Shown one piece after another: positions 49,600 to 62,200 of a stretch of DNA of 64,000 nt (positions are counted from its first letter, which is position 1; each line of letters opens with the position of its first letter). The notes beneath the pieces were generated by a model, which made no database searches, was not told the origin of the DNA, and worked only from the letters and a program-made list of their open reading frames with translations. The stretch spans positions 1-64,000 of the forward strand of contig JAUCBJ010000128.1 of the NCBI GenBank assembly GCA_032718475.1, given 5' to 3'. The position numbers were made by a program, and so were the translations under genes. Source of the DNA: Nemertoderma westbladi (lineage: Eukaryota > Animalia > Xenacoelomorpha).

Positions 49600-52500
49600 G
49601 GGGGGGGGGGACTGGGCTGCAGTGATTTCCAGGAATATTAGTATTAGGTTACTACGTACGCCTTCCACCAAGTCAACTCTCAAGGTATCAATACACACAT
49701 GGGGCTAGGTGGATTACAAACGAGGTATACAAAGAGCACGTGATCTGGGATAGGCTGGCTGCCTGGCCGCACCTGTGGCAAGACATAGGTAGCAGGGAGA
49801 TGGGATATTGGCCTTGCCGGCTGGAGGCAGGGACAGGAATGTGCAATTAGGCGGTCAATACGTACTACATTATGTACTAGTTTATTGTTATATTGGGGGG
49901 GTTTCAGTAGGTTTTAGTTTTAGGTATTAGGATTATGTACTTAATTAGGGTTTTTGCTACGTATGGGTGCCAGGCTGGGGTCTTAAACCCCCATTCTGGC
50001 TCATTACTAGGGAATATTCATCCGCGCTACCAGGGTACATTATACACAGACTAGCACTATTGGTTCAGTTGGTTTGGTGACAGAGTGGAAGGTGATATTG
50101 TTGTTTTATGGCACATAGTTCTTTAGTAGTACAGATTCCTTATTCATTTTACGTATTCACTTATATTATTGCCTTATTTACTTATGCATATCTGATTTAT
50201 TGTTTGTTATCTGTTTACATTCTGTTTATATTCTGTATTACTATGGTGCTGTGTAGGGATCGGCCTGCACAGACACCACACTGGAGCGTTTAGTTATCAG
50301 TTTCCTTTCCACCGGACGGGCGGGTTACCTGATTTGGGCGGTCCAGTGGGGAACTCATCATTACATGATATTTACGCCACTACACCAACCCAAAAATAAA
50401 ACAACATCACGAGCGGGGGCTGTCTCAGAAAACGACAGCCTCGATAACGACACTACAAAGACCCGCGACGCGGCTTCCCGCGAACCGGCAGACTGGCCTT
50501 AAAAAACTGTAAGATAGGCCAAAAAGGTATTCCATTATTCTGTAACTCAGACCTGTCAGTCCCTCCATAGGCTACCGTACCTAGGATGTCAGACAGTCTA
50601 CTTTCTGGCAGTCAGCCAGCGACAGCACCTGGCCAGGTTGAGCCCAGGGCTCAACCCGCCACTGGCGGGGCAGCAACGGCTGTCCCAGCTACAGCCTCGA
50701 GTCCCTTCTCGGACCTGAGGAACCCGGTATCGGGATGCGGAAGCCCAGTGGGCCCGAGCTCCCAGGAATCCCCACCTATCCCGTCGACGGAAGGATCCGT
50801 CGGGCGGCCGGCCGGGACCACGACACCCGATGAAACACGGACGTGGATAGACGAGTTAACCACGGCAGCGACGCAGTCACTCCCGACTGAGTTACCACAA
50901 CGAGGAGAACCACCACCACCTCCCGCCGGTCCGGCACGGTTCCCAGAGGAACACCAACGCCGGGAGAGATCGAGATCACCTCCCTCCAGACCGGAGCCGG
51001 CGATAGATGACGACAAGGGAAGCGGGGTGGACCCAGACCGGGAACCCTCGCAATTAATCCCAGCACTACCCAAACATCCAGCCCGAGGACGCTCGCAAGA
51101 AAGAAGCGATCGGACGAACCCGATGGGACGGCCCAACGGGACAACGAACCGGAGGAAGCTCCGTTCTTCCTCGGACCCCAACCGGCCCCTAGCGCAGCTT
51201 GACACAGGGGTGATCGAGCGAGCGGGGCGACATTTTCGATTACAGCGAAGACGATTGGAGACCTGGGCGACTGCCAGACGACCGGATATCGACCTGGCGG
51301 CAGCCTTAGAGGTAGTCAACGACTACGTCAGGATTCTTGGAGAGCAAGGCGCCGAGGAGGAAGCCAAACACTGGGAGACGGACATCGGGGGAATATTGGA
51401 CGATGCGTTTGATAAATGTTTATTCAACCAACAGGTAAGGGTGGGAAACATTTTTATAGGGACACCCAGCCAGCCACAAAACGGCTGGACTGGCATAACC
51501 CTAGCCGGTGACGGCAGAGACCAGGATGAGATACAACCTGGGGACAGTGCGAGTCAGCCGCGTGGTTCAAATTCGAACGCGTCTGACTCCATTCAAAACC
51601 GAGTGGAGTATGAAGAGGCTCTCTTTGAGATGGAAAGGCTCGACCGAGAGGAAACTCTTGAGCGAGAATTAATGAACCAAAAACTTGAATGTGAGAGGGT
51701 TGCGCGTGAGGCGGCCCAGAGAGTGATTGAGGCGGCCCAACGAGCGGACAGCGAGGAGATAGCGAGAGAGAAATTGCGGGCTGATAATAAAGTGAGAGAC
51801 GAGGCGCGTTTATTAGCGATACGTAAGTTAGCGATGGCGCAAGCGCGCGGGGTGAAAGGGGGCTCCACTGCGGGTAGCGGTGTGGGATCCAGAGTGAGCA
51901 ATAACAGTGTATGTTCAGCGAGAGCGAGTTCGGGCCAATGAACTAGCGAATTGAGCAGACCCGCCTCGGTAATCGGGCTCCATAGGGGCCCAGCTCATCC
52001 GGCTAGAAAACAGCCGGTTGGGCCGGGTGGAGCCAGTGTGCCAGGGAGTGGTGAATTTGGGGGCGTACCTGTAGGAGTAGCTGCAGCAACTATAGCACCC
52101 ACAGTAAGCACCCCACCGATAGTTGTAGTACCTACGGTAGTAACTACACACACCACTACACCTACTATAAGCACTACACCTAATATAATTCCCACAGTTA
52201 TAAGAGGAACGAGTTTTTATGGCGGCCCGGGTATTTTTACGGGTCCGCCTCCGCCTGGCGCTACCAGGAATGGCGGCCCGGGTATTTTTATGGGTCCGCC
52301 TCCGCCTGGTGCAACCAGGATCACAGCGATACAGGAGCTGCCTCCGGCTACCATGAAACCTCCTCACGTAGTACCGGCCGTAGTGGTCGTCGATACTGAC
52401 GAGGTAAACGAACCGAGAGGATCAGCAATGTATTACCCCACCCAGAATCGGGGTGGGCCTCCAGCAGAGGAGGCGACACAGGGGGAGCGAGAAGGAGAGC

Positions 52501-55093
52501 TCCAGGTTGGACAGGGGGAGCCTGCAGTAGGGTTCCGAGTAACACAGGGGGAGGCAGACACCGCCTCCACACACACACAGAGCCACGCCTCGAGGGAGGC
52601 GGACCACCAGGGCTTAAGAGTGCTAACCTCCCTCAAATTTCTGCAAGATAATACTGGTAAGTTAATTATCGCAGAACAAGGGGAACAGGGGAGTTCCCCT
52701 ACAGCGAACTCGAGGGGACTTCGAGTAGGGGCCCCAGAATTCGCGCCGGCGGTAGGTAACACCACCAGCCGGGGGAGAGTAAACAGACAGAGCGGGACCG
52801 TCGGATTTGCCCCGCGAACGGTGCTGACAATCAGTGAGACTGCAGCCCGAACAGGGGACCTGCAGACGGACAGAGGGGATGGACGGGAGTCAGCCTCCGA
52901 GAGGCCCGACTCAACCGCCCACAGGAGTAGGCCAGAGTCGAGGTATCTGGCGGAGCTCTGCAGAAAAGGGGGCTCACCGAGCCCCCCCCCCACGAACAAC
53001 AACGCGTTCATTTGGGAACTCTGAATGGCCCCAACAGAATTCCATATATGAACGTATAACTCACCCAGACCCTCCCCCTTCAGGGAGGCGAACGGGCGAG
53101 TCCCCAGGTAGAGAACAATACCCGGATTACCCACGCCCGGGAAGTCGGTTGGGTGAACCGGGGTTTGAGCTACCTCCACTTGCGTACCCGACCAACAGGG
53201 TCGGACGGTATATAGACCCCTTCGGACCGTCGGAGGAGCCTACGTCAACACGGGCGGACTCATCACCGCGCGTGTACAATGACACAAACTCAACCCACGA
53301 CAACGAGGCGGTTTCGACAGCGAAAATGCTCCACATTATACGTGAGCAGAATGAGCTGCCAAAATCCTTAGCCTTTTAAATTCGACGGGAAACACCCCGA
53401 GGAATACATACAATTTCGGGCTCTGTTTTCCAACGAAATTCTAACAAAGGAAATGTCAGACACCCGTCGACTAACCTATTTGGCGACTTATCTAGCGGGT
53501 GACCCGAGGAAACTCGTTAATCGTTTCCAGGGCCAGTTGAATGGGTTCAGGAAGGCCTGGAAGGCGATAGAGGATCGGTATGGCGATCCGGAACGGATCA
53601 TTGATGACGCCATATTCCACCTCACTGATGGGGTGAGGGTTGAAACACCCGACGAAATGACTGAATACAGCGATCGAATAAACCAGCTGATTAATTCCAT
53701 CGAGACGATGGGCGAGACCTACCATCTCAAGGCGGGCGGGCTGCTGAATCAAGTGGTTGATGTATTACCACTACATCTGCGTCGCAGCTGGGCACAGCAA
53801 GTGACAAAGATTACAGCTACGCAACATCGCCGAGCAACGCTAGGAGAGTTTGCTGACTTCATGGAGTACAAGTCAGCGAGTGCTAATCAGCGCTGTTTAA
53901 AATACCCCAAGGATAAAGGGCGAAGTCGACAGGAACAGGGAGACCGGGGAAAAAGGGAATACCCCACGGGTCGTTTCAAATCCAATTGGAAGTCGAGCGA
54001 CACCCAAAAATTCGCCTGTAACAACGTTGGGGACAACAACTACAGGGGTAGGCCATCGGAACCGGCGCATAATTGGGCACCGGGCCGATCGCCTTCGCGG
54101 GAGAGCAGTCGGGGCGGGTCGACCCCACCAACTAACAGTCGACAGGTCCGCTTCGAAGAATCTAAAAGCGGAAGCGCCCCACCCACAGCGAGCAGGGGAA
54201 GTGGGCAATGGGTGAAAGATGTCTTCCGTATAGACATCGGGGAGTTCCCTTTCAACGAAGAAAGGTATTGCCAGTTCCATAGGGGAACGTCTCACAGAAC
54301 GATTGAGTGCAGAAACTGGCAGAAGATGGATGCCGACACACACAAGGCGTATGCTAGGAAGCATCACTTGTGTTGGACTTGTGCTCGAACAGGGCACTCT
54401 GGGCGGGCATGCCCATACGATAGTAAGAACACAGAGGGGGATGGTAAGTCCACCGAGCAGCAGGCGCATAAACAGGCGGATAGTAGCACAGCGGGGGAGA
54501 GGGTGGCCGATAAACAGGTGGCCTTCCCTGTCTTTCCCATGAGACGGAGGTTGCGGAAACCACCGAAGATTAAACCCTATGTGTACCTGAGGATTGTTGC
54601 ATTAGCGGTATGTGATAACCACGGTCAGCAGGTAACCACTTTGGGGCTCTTAGACGGAGGTTCAGCGATAACGATGATGGACAGAGTGGTTGCAGACCGC
54701 CTTCAAGTTAAACGAAGGAAGGCATTTATGCAACTCTGTACCATCGCTAATCCGGACAGAGACGTAGAGTACGACTTGATTCTATGTCGATTAAAATCTA
54801 TTGTGACATATTCCCAATATAAGTCGGACCTTGTTGAGGCTCGGGTTCTACCCGAGCTCAATGTACCGGCAGACCGGCCCTCGGCCGATGAAATCCAGCA
54901 ATACACATACGCCCGAGGACTGAACTTTAACATACCCAATGACCTGGATGTACCCTATTTATCAGTACTTATTGGTATAGATTGCCCAGGTTCTCACCGG
55001 CTACTGCAACCTACCATCGAAGGACCAGACCCCGAAAGGGACCCTCAGGTCATGCTAACCCCATATGTTTGGTGTATGACGGGACCTGTCTGA
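49600..55093 (+). mobile_element. Bel/Pao element C, decayed and truncated after the protease
   Basis: gag from ATG 50586 broken by a TGA at 51939 and frameshifts near 52990 and 53375; FKFDG..RLTYLATYLAGDP capsid region, CQFH/CWTCARTGHSGRAC knuckles, protease LLDGGS, ends at TPYVWCMTGP; probable LTR end ...CCACTACA at 50384, LTR start uncertain. Confidence 0.85.
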
Positions 55094-55230
55094 AATCCGT
55101 CTGAAAGTGTTTGAAATTTCTGTTGGATGTTGTTGGAAGCTATCTGAAGTTGTCTGAAGCTGTTTGAAATTGTCTGAAACTGTTGGAAGTTGTCTGAAGA
55201 TGTTTGACGCCATCGGAATTTGTTGGAATT
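55087..55230 (+). repeat. Decamer array (TGTYTGAARY-like) at the truncation point of element C
   Basis: TGTCTGAAGC/TGTTTGAAAT/TGTTGGAAGT units; the same repeat recurs at 59092-59210. Confidence 0.8.
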
Positions 55231-56284
55231 TGCCAATGCGTTACAAAAGCGTAGTTCATTAACAAAATGTCAATCACTTTTACTCTCAATTTGAAGTGAT
55301 TGTGAGGGTGTGCTATTGTCAATTATAAACCGAAACAAAGATTTGTTTCATTTAACAATTTTTATTTACATAATTATGTCGTTAATTATATCAATTAATT
55401 AACTACAATGCATAAACGAATAATAAATTCCTATAATATAAATTCCGATAAATGAATATAATAACACCAACCATGGAATACTAAATATACTAAATTTAAT
55501 TCCTTAATTTAATTAGAAATGTAAATAATGCTATAAATATATTAGTTTCTTTGACGTAGGGCACTAAATACTGCACATAAACAGATATAAACACAAACAG
55601 ATTAAGCAAACAGTAAATATAATTACAATGAGTGAAAAAAATATTTTTGGTTAATTTTATTAGTTGTGTTGAAAGAGCATCGAAATGAAAAGGTTTGCAC
55701 GTAATACTTCTAGCCCAACTATTTTTTCGCGCACCTACCCTATTTGAGTAAATTACATTCACACACTCAAAAGTTATTGCAACTTTAGTCTCTGCAAGGC
55801 GAACTTCGAAACGGAACTCCATATCCAATATTGGTTTATAGTTAAGCGGTTCCCTAGTTACGAAATAAATATTCGAGAACAATAAATTATTTAACATTGA
55901 GTAAGGCAGCATTTAGGCAGAATTTAGGAACAAACAAGTACATATTTAAGAATAAAATTACGTATACATGGGAAAACTTATTTTGAATAATAATTATCAC
56001 TACCCTTTAGTAATGATGGGTCGAAAGTCCCCCCTAGCCCTTCACAAGGGAGGGTGGACGTAGGGACGGGGCTCAACGCCAACATATCGTGATAGTTTGT
56101 CACATTGGAAGGGGAGGGGGGGGGGGGGGGGGGGGGTGTGATGAAACGTGGCTGTTAATGTTAAACGTGAATGAATTAATATCATAAAGTAGTATTGACC
56201 ATTACGCACAACCATAATAGATTAGATAGAGAATTGGGAATGTGAAGGCCCTTGTTTTCACGTGACTGCCATGCCATATTATGA

Positions 56285-58171
56285 TGTGGGGCGAGCCACG
56301 AAGTTGGCGGAGCCTTAGCGAATTGACACTGTTAGGGGGTGGGTCAATTTATGCAAATAGTTGTCGTCGTCGTCGTCGTCGTTGTCGTCGTCGTCGTCGT
56401 TGTCGTCGTCGTCGTCGTCGTCGTCGTTACGATTTTGACATGCTAATAACTTTGTCGGATTTAAAGCTGCCAAGTTGAAAATTTGTAGGTATCAATATGA
56501 GCAAAAGTTGAGATTTTTGAGAGACTTTCAGACACCATCAGTGCAATGGTCTCCCGCTAGAGGGCCACATGTCTAAACATTAAATGCCCTCCCATTTCTT
56601 TGCTTTTAATCCGTTTAAGCTGAAACTTGGCAGATATGTATTAGACCATTAGCTGTGACTTTCAAAGGAGGCGAATCCATCTGCAGTTCTCCAGTCTGCC
56701 GCTAGAGGGCCAAAGGTCTGAAAGTGAAATCGTTGTCGTCGTTACGATTTTGACATGCTAATAACTTTGTCGGATTTAAAGCTGCCAAGTTGAAAATTTG
56801 TAGGTATCAATATGAGCTAAAGTTGAGACGTTTGAGAGACTTTCAGACACCATCAGAGCAATAGTCTCCTGCTAGAGGGCCACATGTCTAAACGTTAAAT
56901 GTCCTCCCATTTCTTTGCTTTTAATCCATTTATGCTGAAATTTGGCAGATATGTACTAGACCATTAGCTGTGACTTTGAAAGAAGGAATTGAATTGAATT
57001 GAATTGAAGGCTAATCCGTGTGCAGTTCTTCAGTCTGCCGCTAGAGGGCGAAATGTTTGAAAGTGAAATCTTTCTCCCATCTCGTTATTTATGATCCGTT
57101 CAAGCTGAAACGTAGCAGATATGTAGTAGAAGTCGGCCTGAGTCTTTGGTGGGCAGTAAACGGTCTGGAGTCCTCCAGTCTGCCGCTAGAGGGCGAAATG
57201 TATAACTGTCCCCAATTCCTTGATATTAATTTATTTAAAGTGAATATTGGCATATGTACTAGAGCACATGCTGCGTCTTTCTGAGGAAGGTGGTCGATCT
57301 GCATTTCTCCAGTCTGCCGCTAGAGGTAAGCGGAAATTCAAGACGCTGGTCACACTACTAAACGCATTATTTCAACATTCTCAAATATACGCTCCATAAA
57401 TATTTCATGTTAATATTTTATTGATAATCAAGATATAAACCAAGCGGAATTGGGGTGTAAACGTTAAGCAGACACCTGGTGCAGACACCTGGTGCAGACA
57501 CCTGGTGCAGACAACTGGTGCAGACACCTGGTGCAGACACCTGGTGCAGACACCTGGTGCAGACACCTGGTGCAGACACCTGGTGTAGACACCTGGTGCA
57601 GACACCTGGTGGGTGCAGACACCTGGTGGGTGCAGACACCTGGTGCAGACACCTGGTGCAGACACCTGGTGCAGACACCTGGTGCAGACACCTGGTGCAG
57701 ACACCTGGTGGGTGCAGACACCTGGTGCAGACACCTGGTGCAGACAGTTAGGCAGACCGGTACTGAAATGAATTACACAATAGCCTACATTCGCAGAAAA
57801 GCCTTTCTAGAATTATCACTTATGACTACTTATTTGCGTGCATTTTTCACTGGGATTGGCTGCGTGCGTGTCTAGCGTCGTCTCTTTGATTACGTTGAAC
57901 CATTGGCAATATACAGAATGTTTTGATTGGACCTATAGGACTATGAACTTTGCGTGGAAGAATATAATGGTAGAAATCATAACAAATAATACTCATATAA
58001 CTTATATTTCGGCAGTTCTTTTAAATATGTAAACCTCTACCGGACTGCTGATTCATATACATTCCTAACATTCCACACCACATTCCAATAATATCCTAAT
58101 ACAGTAATACTTTCGAATTAGTACTTAAATTAAATTTAAGTCACGTGCTGCGCGAAGGCCCCACTTCGTGT
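56285..58171 (+). mobile_element. Second HINE/DINE-1-like element with the same termini and a different interior
   Basis: 5' TGTGGGGCGAGCCACGAAG, (GTC)n microsatellite 56363-56427, ~140-315-bp internal repeats, 3' CGTGCTGCGCGAAGGCCCCAC. Confidence 0.72.
57468..57746 (+). repeat. 13-bp minisatellite (GCAGACACCTGGT)n, about 21 copies
   Basis: Direct tandem repeat with occasional GGGT insertions. Confidence 0.97.
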
Positions 58172-58187
58172 AATGTATATCCGCCAT

Positions 58188-58274
58188 GGGAGAAAACGAA
58201 ATTGCGACAACTATGGAGAATCGGGAAGCCTGGAAGGATGTCATTTCCACTGTCCGAGTTCGCTCGACTTAGTA
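58188..58274 (+). mobile_element. 87-bp 3'-end stub of an RTE-like LINE
   Basis: 13-bp TSD GTATATCCGCCAT (58175-58187, 58275-58287), encodes MENREAWKDVISTVRVRST*, short TAG tail. Confidence 0.8.
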
Positions 58275-59091
58275 GTATATCCGCCATTGACGTACTGTTG
58301 TTATGTAAAAGGTAGACCTAATCACACCAGTTACTAATTAAAATAATGTCTTAATAACTAATTATATTCATTCATACAATAAGCAATGTAGCCAATTAAG
58401 GCTGTGATTGACAAAGGCTGTGGTTAACCGCACAATTAATTAATTGAAAAAACAAAAATCAAACTAGTAGAGATCATATCCAAACCTGTATAAATATAAA
58501 TAAACGCAACGATATAACTAACACATGTACATACACTATATTAACTGTAGAGGGGGATACTGTCTCTCCTGCGAAAAGCAAAATATATTTATCAGTATTT
58601 TAATTAATGTAACTTAAAGAAATTGAGCCTTATTCGAAGAAATTCTACATGGGCATTTTGGACCTATACCGCCACTGCTTGGCTCTTTGGAAGTGTATTT
58701 CCGTAAAGCTCTATTGTATGGCTCTAGACAAACCCAAAGCAACATTAGTATGTGAACACAGAATTCCATTCCCCATTCATTTCAATGGTAGCCAACTTGT
58801 CTTTCTTGTATTGGGGGTAGACCACTGGTTAGCTTTCTGCTATTGTGTTATTCAAAGATAGCGGCAGGAATAAAGAGAAATACCGACCTCACTAATGGGC
58901 TGTTCCTTCAGGTCAGCTTAAGTTACAGTGTGAATGTTCAAGGGCGCCGCCAGTGGCCAGTCCACTCTGTCGTTATTGTGGCTTTATGAATGGAGTTCCT
59001 TTAGTAGTTTCAAAAGCTTTCATTCTATCTGCGCGCAAGAAGATGGGAGTTGAGTTGGGGTTGCGGTTGAGTGTGGGTGGAGTGATTGACA

Positions 59092-59260
59092 GGTTGTTGG
59101 AAGTTGTCTGATTCTGTTTGAAACTGTCTGAATCTGTTTGAAACTGTCTGAATCTGTTTGAAGTTGTTGGACTGTTGGAGTTTGTCTGAAAGTGTTTGAA
59201 GCTGTTGGATCCGATCGGTTCAGATCGGATCCGATGGCACTCTGTTGGTGAGCTGGACTG
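59092..59260 (+). repeat. Decamer array plus hairpin, possible DNA transposon end
   Basis: TGTYTGAAWC repeats, stem GGATCCGATC-GGTTCA-GATCGGATCC, ends GAGCTGGACTG followed by TA. Confidence 0.5.
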
Positions 59261-62200
59261 TAGTATTAGTGGGGGCAGGAATTGGGTTAGTTAGGAAGCC
59301 TAGATGTACCCGGGAGGGGCCTGCATACCTTACAGTAAGTAAGTTGCGAGTAAGTAGATTGCGAATTAGTCAATTGCGAATTATTATGTTGCGAATTATA
59401 TAATTGCAGATTGTATAATTGCAAGTTGTACTATTGTGATCTGTGATTGCTGACGCTGATTGGTGTGTTACTGAAGTGTGCCTATGATTACGAATACTTA
59501 GGTAGGCGCCCCTTTTCTCTTTGATTGATTTCTATTTCTTAGTTACAACAAATAATTACTGATTAGGTCAAAGTAATACGGCATTTTAGGCTATTACTAG
59601 CGAAACCTGTTGTGTAATAAATTAGAATTACGCATTCTGGAATTCTTAGTAATTAGTACGCTGTTACATATTTGTGACTGTAATTGATTAGTAAAATTAA
59701 GAATTAGTACGCAGCATAGCGGAGAGTAGCTAAGGTAATAATTTAGAGTACCGTAAACTATTCACGCTAAGCGGTTATTTGCATTAGCGGGCAATAAACT
59801 AGATCGCAATAGTCAGTACGCAAGACACTAGTGAGTTGCTGGCCTAAAGCCAGCTGCAGGCAAGTTTAGACCCAGAGCGGTATCACCTACGAAAGACATT
59901 GTACTGTACCATTTTGATTATTTTAAATATTCTCGCATTCACATATTCCGTTAGGGAACCCTCAGTATTCGCGATTAGAAAAGACGTAAGCATTGGCGTA
60001 TTTCAGTAGTAAAATTAGGCGTAAGAATATACTCTGAGTGTAAAGCCCCTCGCACTCGTCTTAAGTAAGCTTAGGGAGCCGACTCGGGTTTATTGTTTTG
60101 GTTATTCCCGCGTGGCTCATAGATTCGAACAGTTAGCTCTCTATCGAGCGATCGGTAGAGAAAGGAACAAGCGATTTTGCAGGAGTTGTGTAAATTTAGT
60201 AAAATATATTAGCGGACGGCAGATTAGCGCCATCCAACGGTAAGTAGCGGTTTTGTATTTAGCAACCCTTACAATTTAGTAATAGCACACTCCTGATCCC
60301 CTTTACTTAACAGTAGAGCAGTCTTTGTGTCTTATTGGTTAGGCGAGAGCTCATTAGGTTGGCAGAGAGGTATACGGGTATTTGTCTGTTCAACAGTTCT
60401 GCTGTTAGTCAGTTAGTATAGGTGTCGCGGTTGTTTAACAGTAAGGTATGTTTTTATTGGCTGTTGCTTGCAGCGGTCAATAGTGTATTCTTTTAGGCTG
60501 TTAGTTTAGATTACTGTATTCACTGGTTGCGTACAATAGTACAGTAGTACATTAGGCTGATTGCTGTTACTGCGTACGGTAGAAAGGACATTTGTTTTGC
60601 CGTACCACACACAGTATCATTAGGCTGTTAGGTTGGTGTACTGTTTTACTTACTGTACTGCGTACAGTGGAAGTACGGTAGTGCGTTTTTGCTAATTGCG
60701 AATACAGCAGTTCCTTAGGCCTTAGGGCAAATTGTAATTAGTAAGTTTTTTGAAAATTTTAGCTAGGTTTGCGAGAATTCAGTTTCGGTCAAAATTATTT
60801 TGTAAAATTCTAGAGTTTTGTACCGGTATGTTAGGTAACCGCTTAGTTATTTTATACCATCTGGAGATACATGGCAAGACGGAACTTCTGAGCTTGGGGT
60901 TCGTGTGGGTCTGCGGGTTCGGTTTGCAATCAGCGAAGGGACTGAATCTTTGGACGCGGACGTGGAATCTCACAGCAAACAAGGTTAGTTGTTCTGTTGG
61001 CACCATTGTGTTTGTGGAAGCAGTAAAAAATTACTGGTTGTTTAACTGCGAAGCTGAACTCAATTTATTAGTTAGGATAGTTAAGTTTAGCCGGCCATGG
61101 TTTTTTGAATCGCTCAAGTTAGAGAGAGAGTTAGAGAGAGTCGCAACCCGAAGATGTAGCCACGCGCTAGTGGATACATATAATATTTGAAATTAAAATT
61201 ACGTTGATTAGAGCTATATATGCAAAATTGGAATTATTTGGGTGGCAAATTTATTCTGAATATTTTGTATTAGATTCAGAAATTATTTTGTGTCATACCG
61301 GTATTTAATTGCTATAATAGCTATATAATAATATTTTTGTTTAAATATTGTACTAGTATTTGCTATACCCCATTAAATTCACAATATTGCATTGCGAATT
61401 TATTTGACATTTTGGACCAACTGATTATTTGACAAATAATTTGACCGTATTTCGGTTAAATTATAATTATATCTCGAACTTTTGCGAGATATTTTTGCCG
61501 GAAGGCAAAACATTATTAAGACTATGAGTGTCTCAGACAAAGAGGCACTAGAGGACAGCTATGAGACGGCGGCTGGACCGCCGACTGACGATAGCGTAAA
61601 TATTACTGTTGACGACAATGCCGACTATGACGACGCAGCGAGCGATGCTGACGTAAGTGAACAGGAGGACGAGACAGTGACTAGTGAGGAAGAAGAACTA
61701 CCTCAGATAATAGTATTAGGATCCCCTACCGCTACTGTAAGGAAGGATTGTACAGCAGCCCGGACGGAGGTGAGTGATAGGGAGGGTAGTGTAGCAGAAG
61801 CGAGAGCCCGGAACCCGGTTTCCAGACCTGTGGGTATGGTAAGTGCCGTGGTCCCAGCGGCTGTTAGGAGTACCCGTAGTTCCCGAAATAATCCTTCAAG
61901 TCCACCAAGTGTGAGTCAGGTAAGCGAGAGAGAACTTGATATCGCGATAAAGAAGAAACTTCGCGCGCATGCCGGACATATAACTCGGACGACGGACAAG
62001 GTAAGGAAGATGTTAGCCGACTCAGCGAACATCGGACGGGAAGGGTTAGTAGAGATTAGAAGAGGATATAACTCAGCGTTATTCAAGCAGACGGAGGAGC
62101 TTGCAGTCCTAGTGAAGAAGGCAGTAGAGTCTCAGTCGAGCGACGTGGCGACGAGGATTTACGACAGGGTTTTAGCAGCCTTGTTAGAGCACCGCGAGTT

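Noticed and set aside
57405-57875. Cys/His-rich repeat proteins
   Set aside because: Translations of the 13-bp minisatellite
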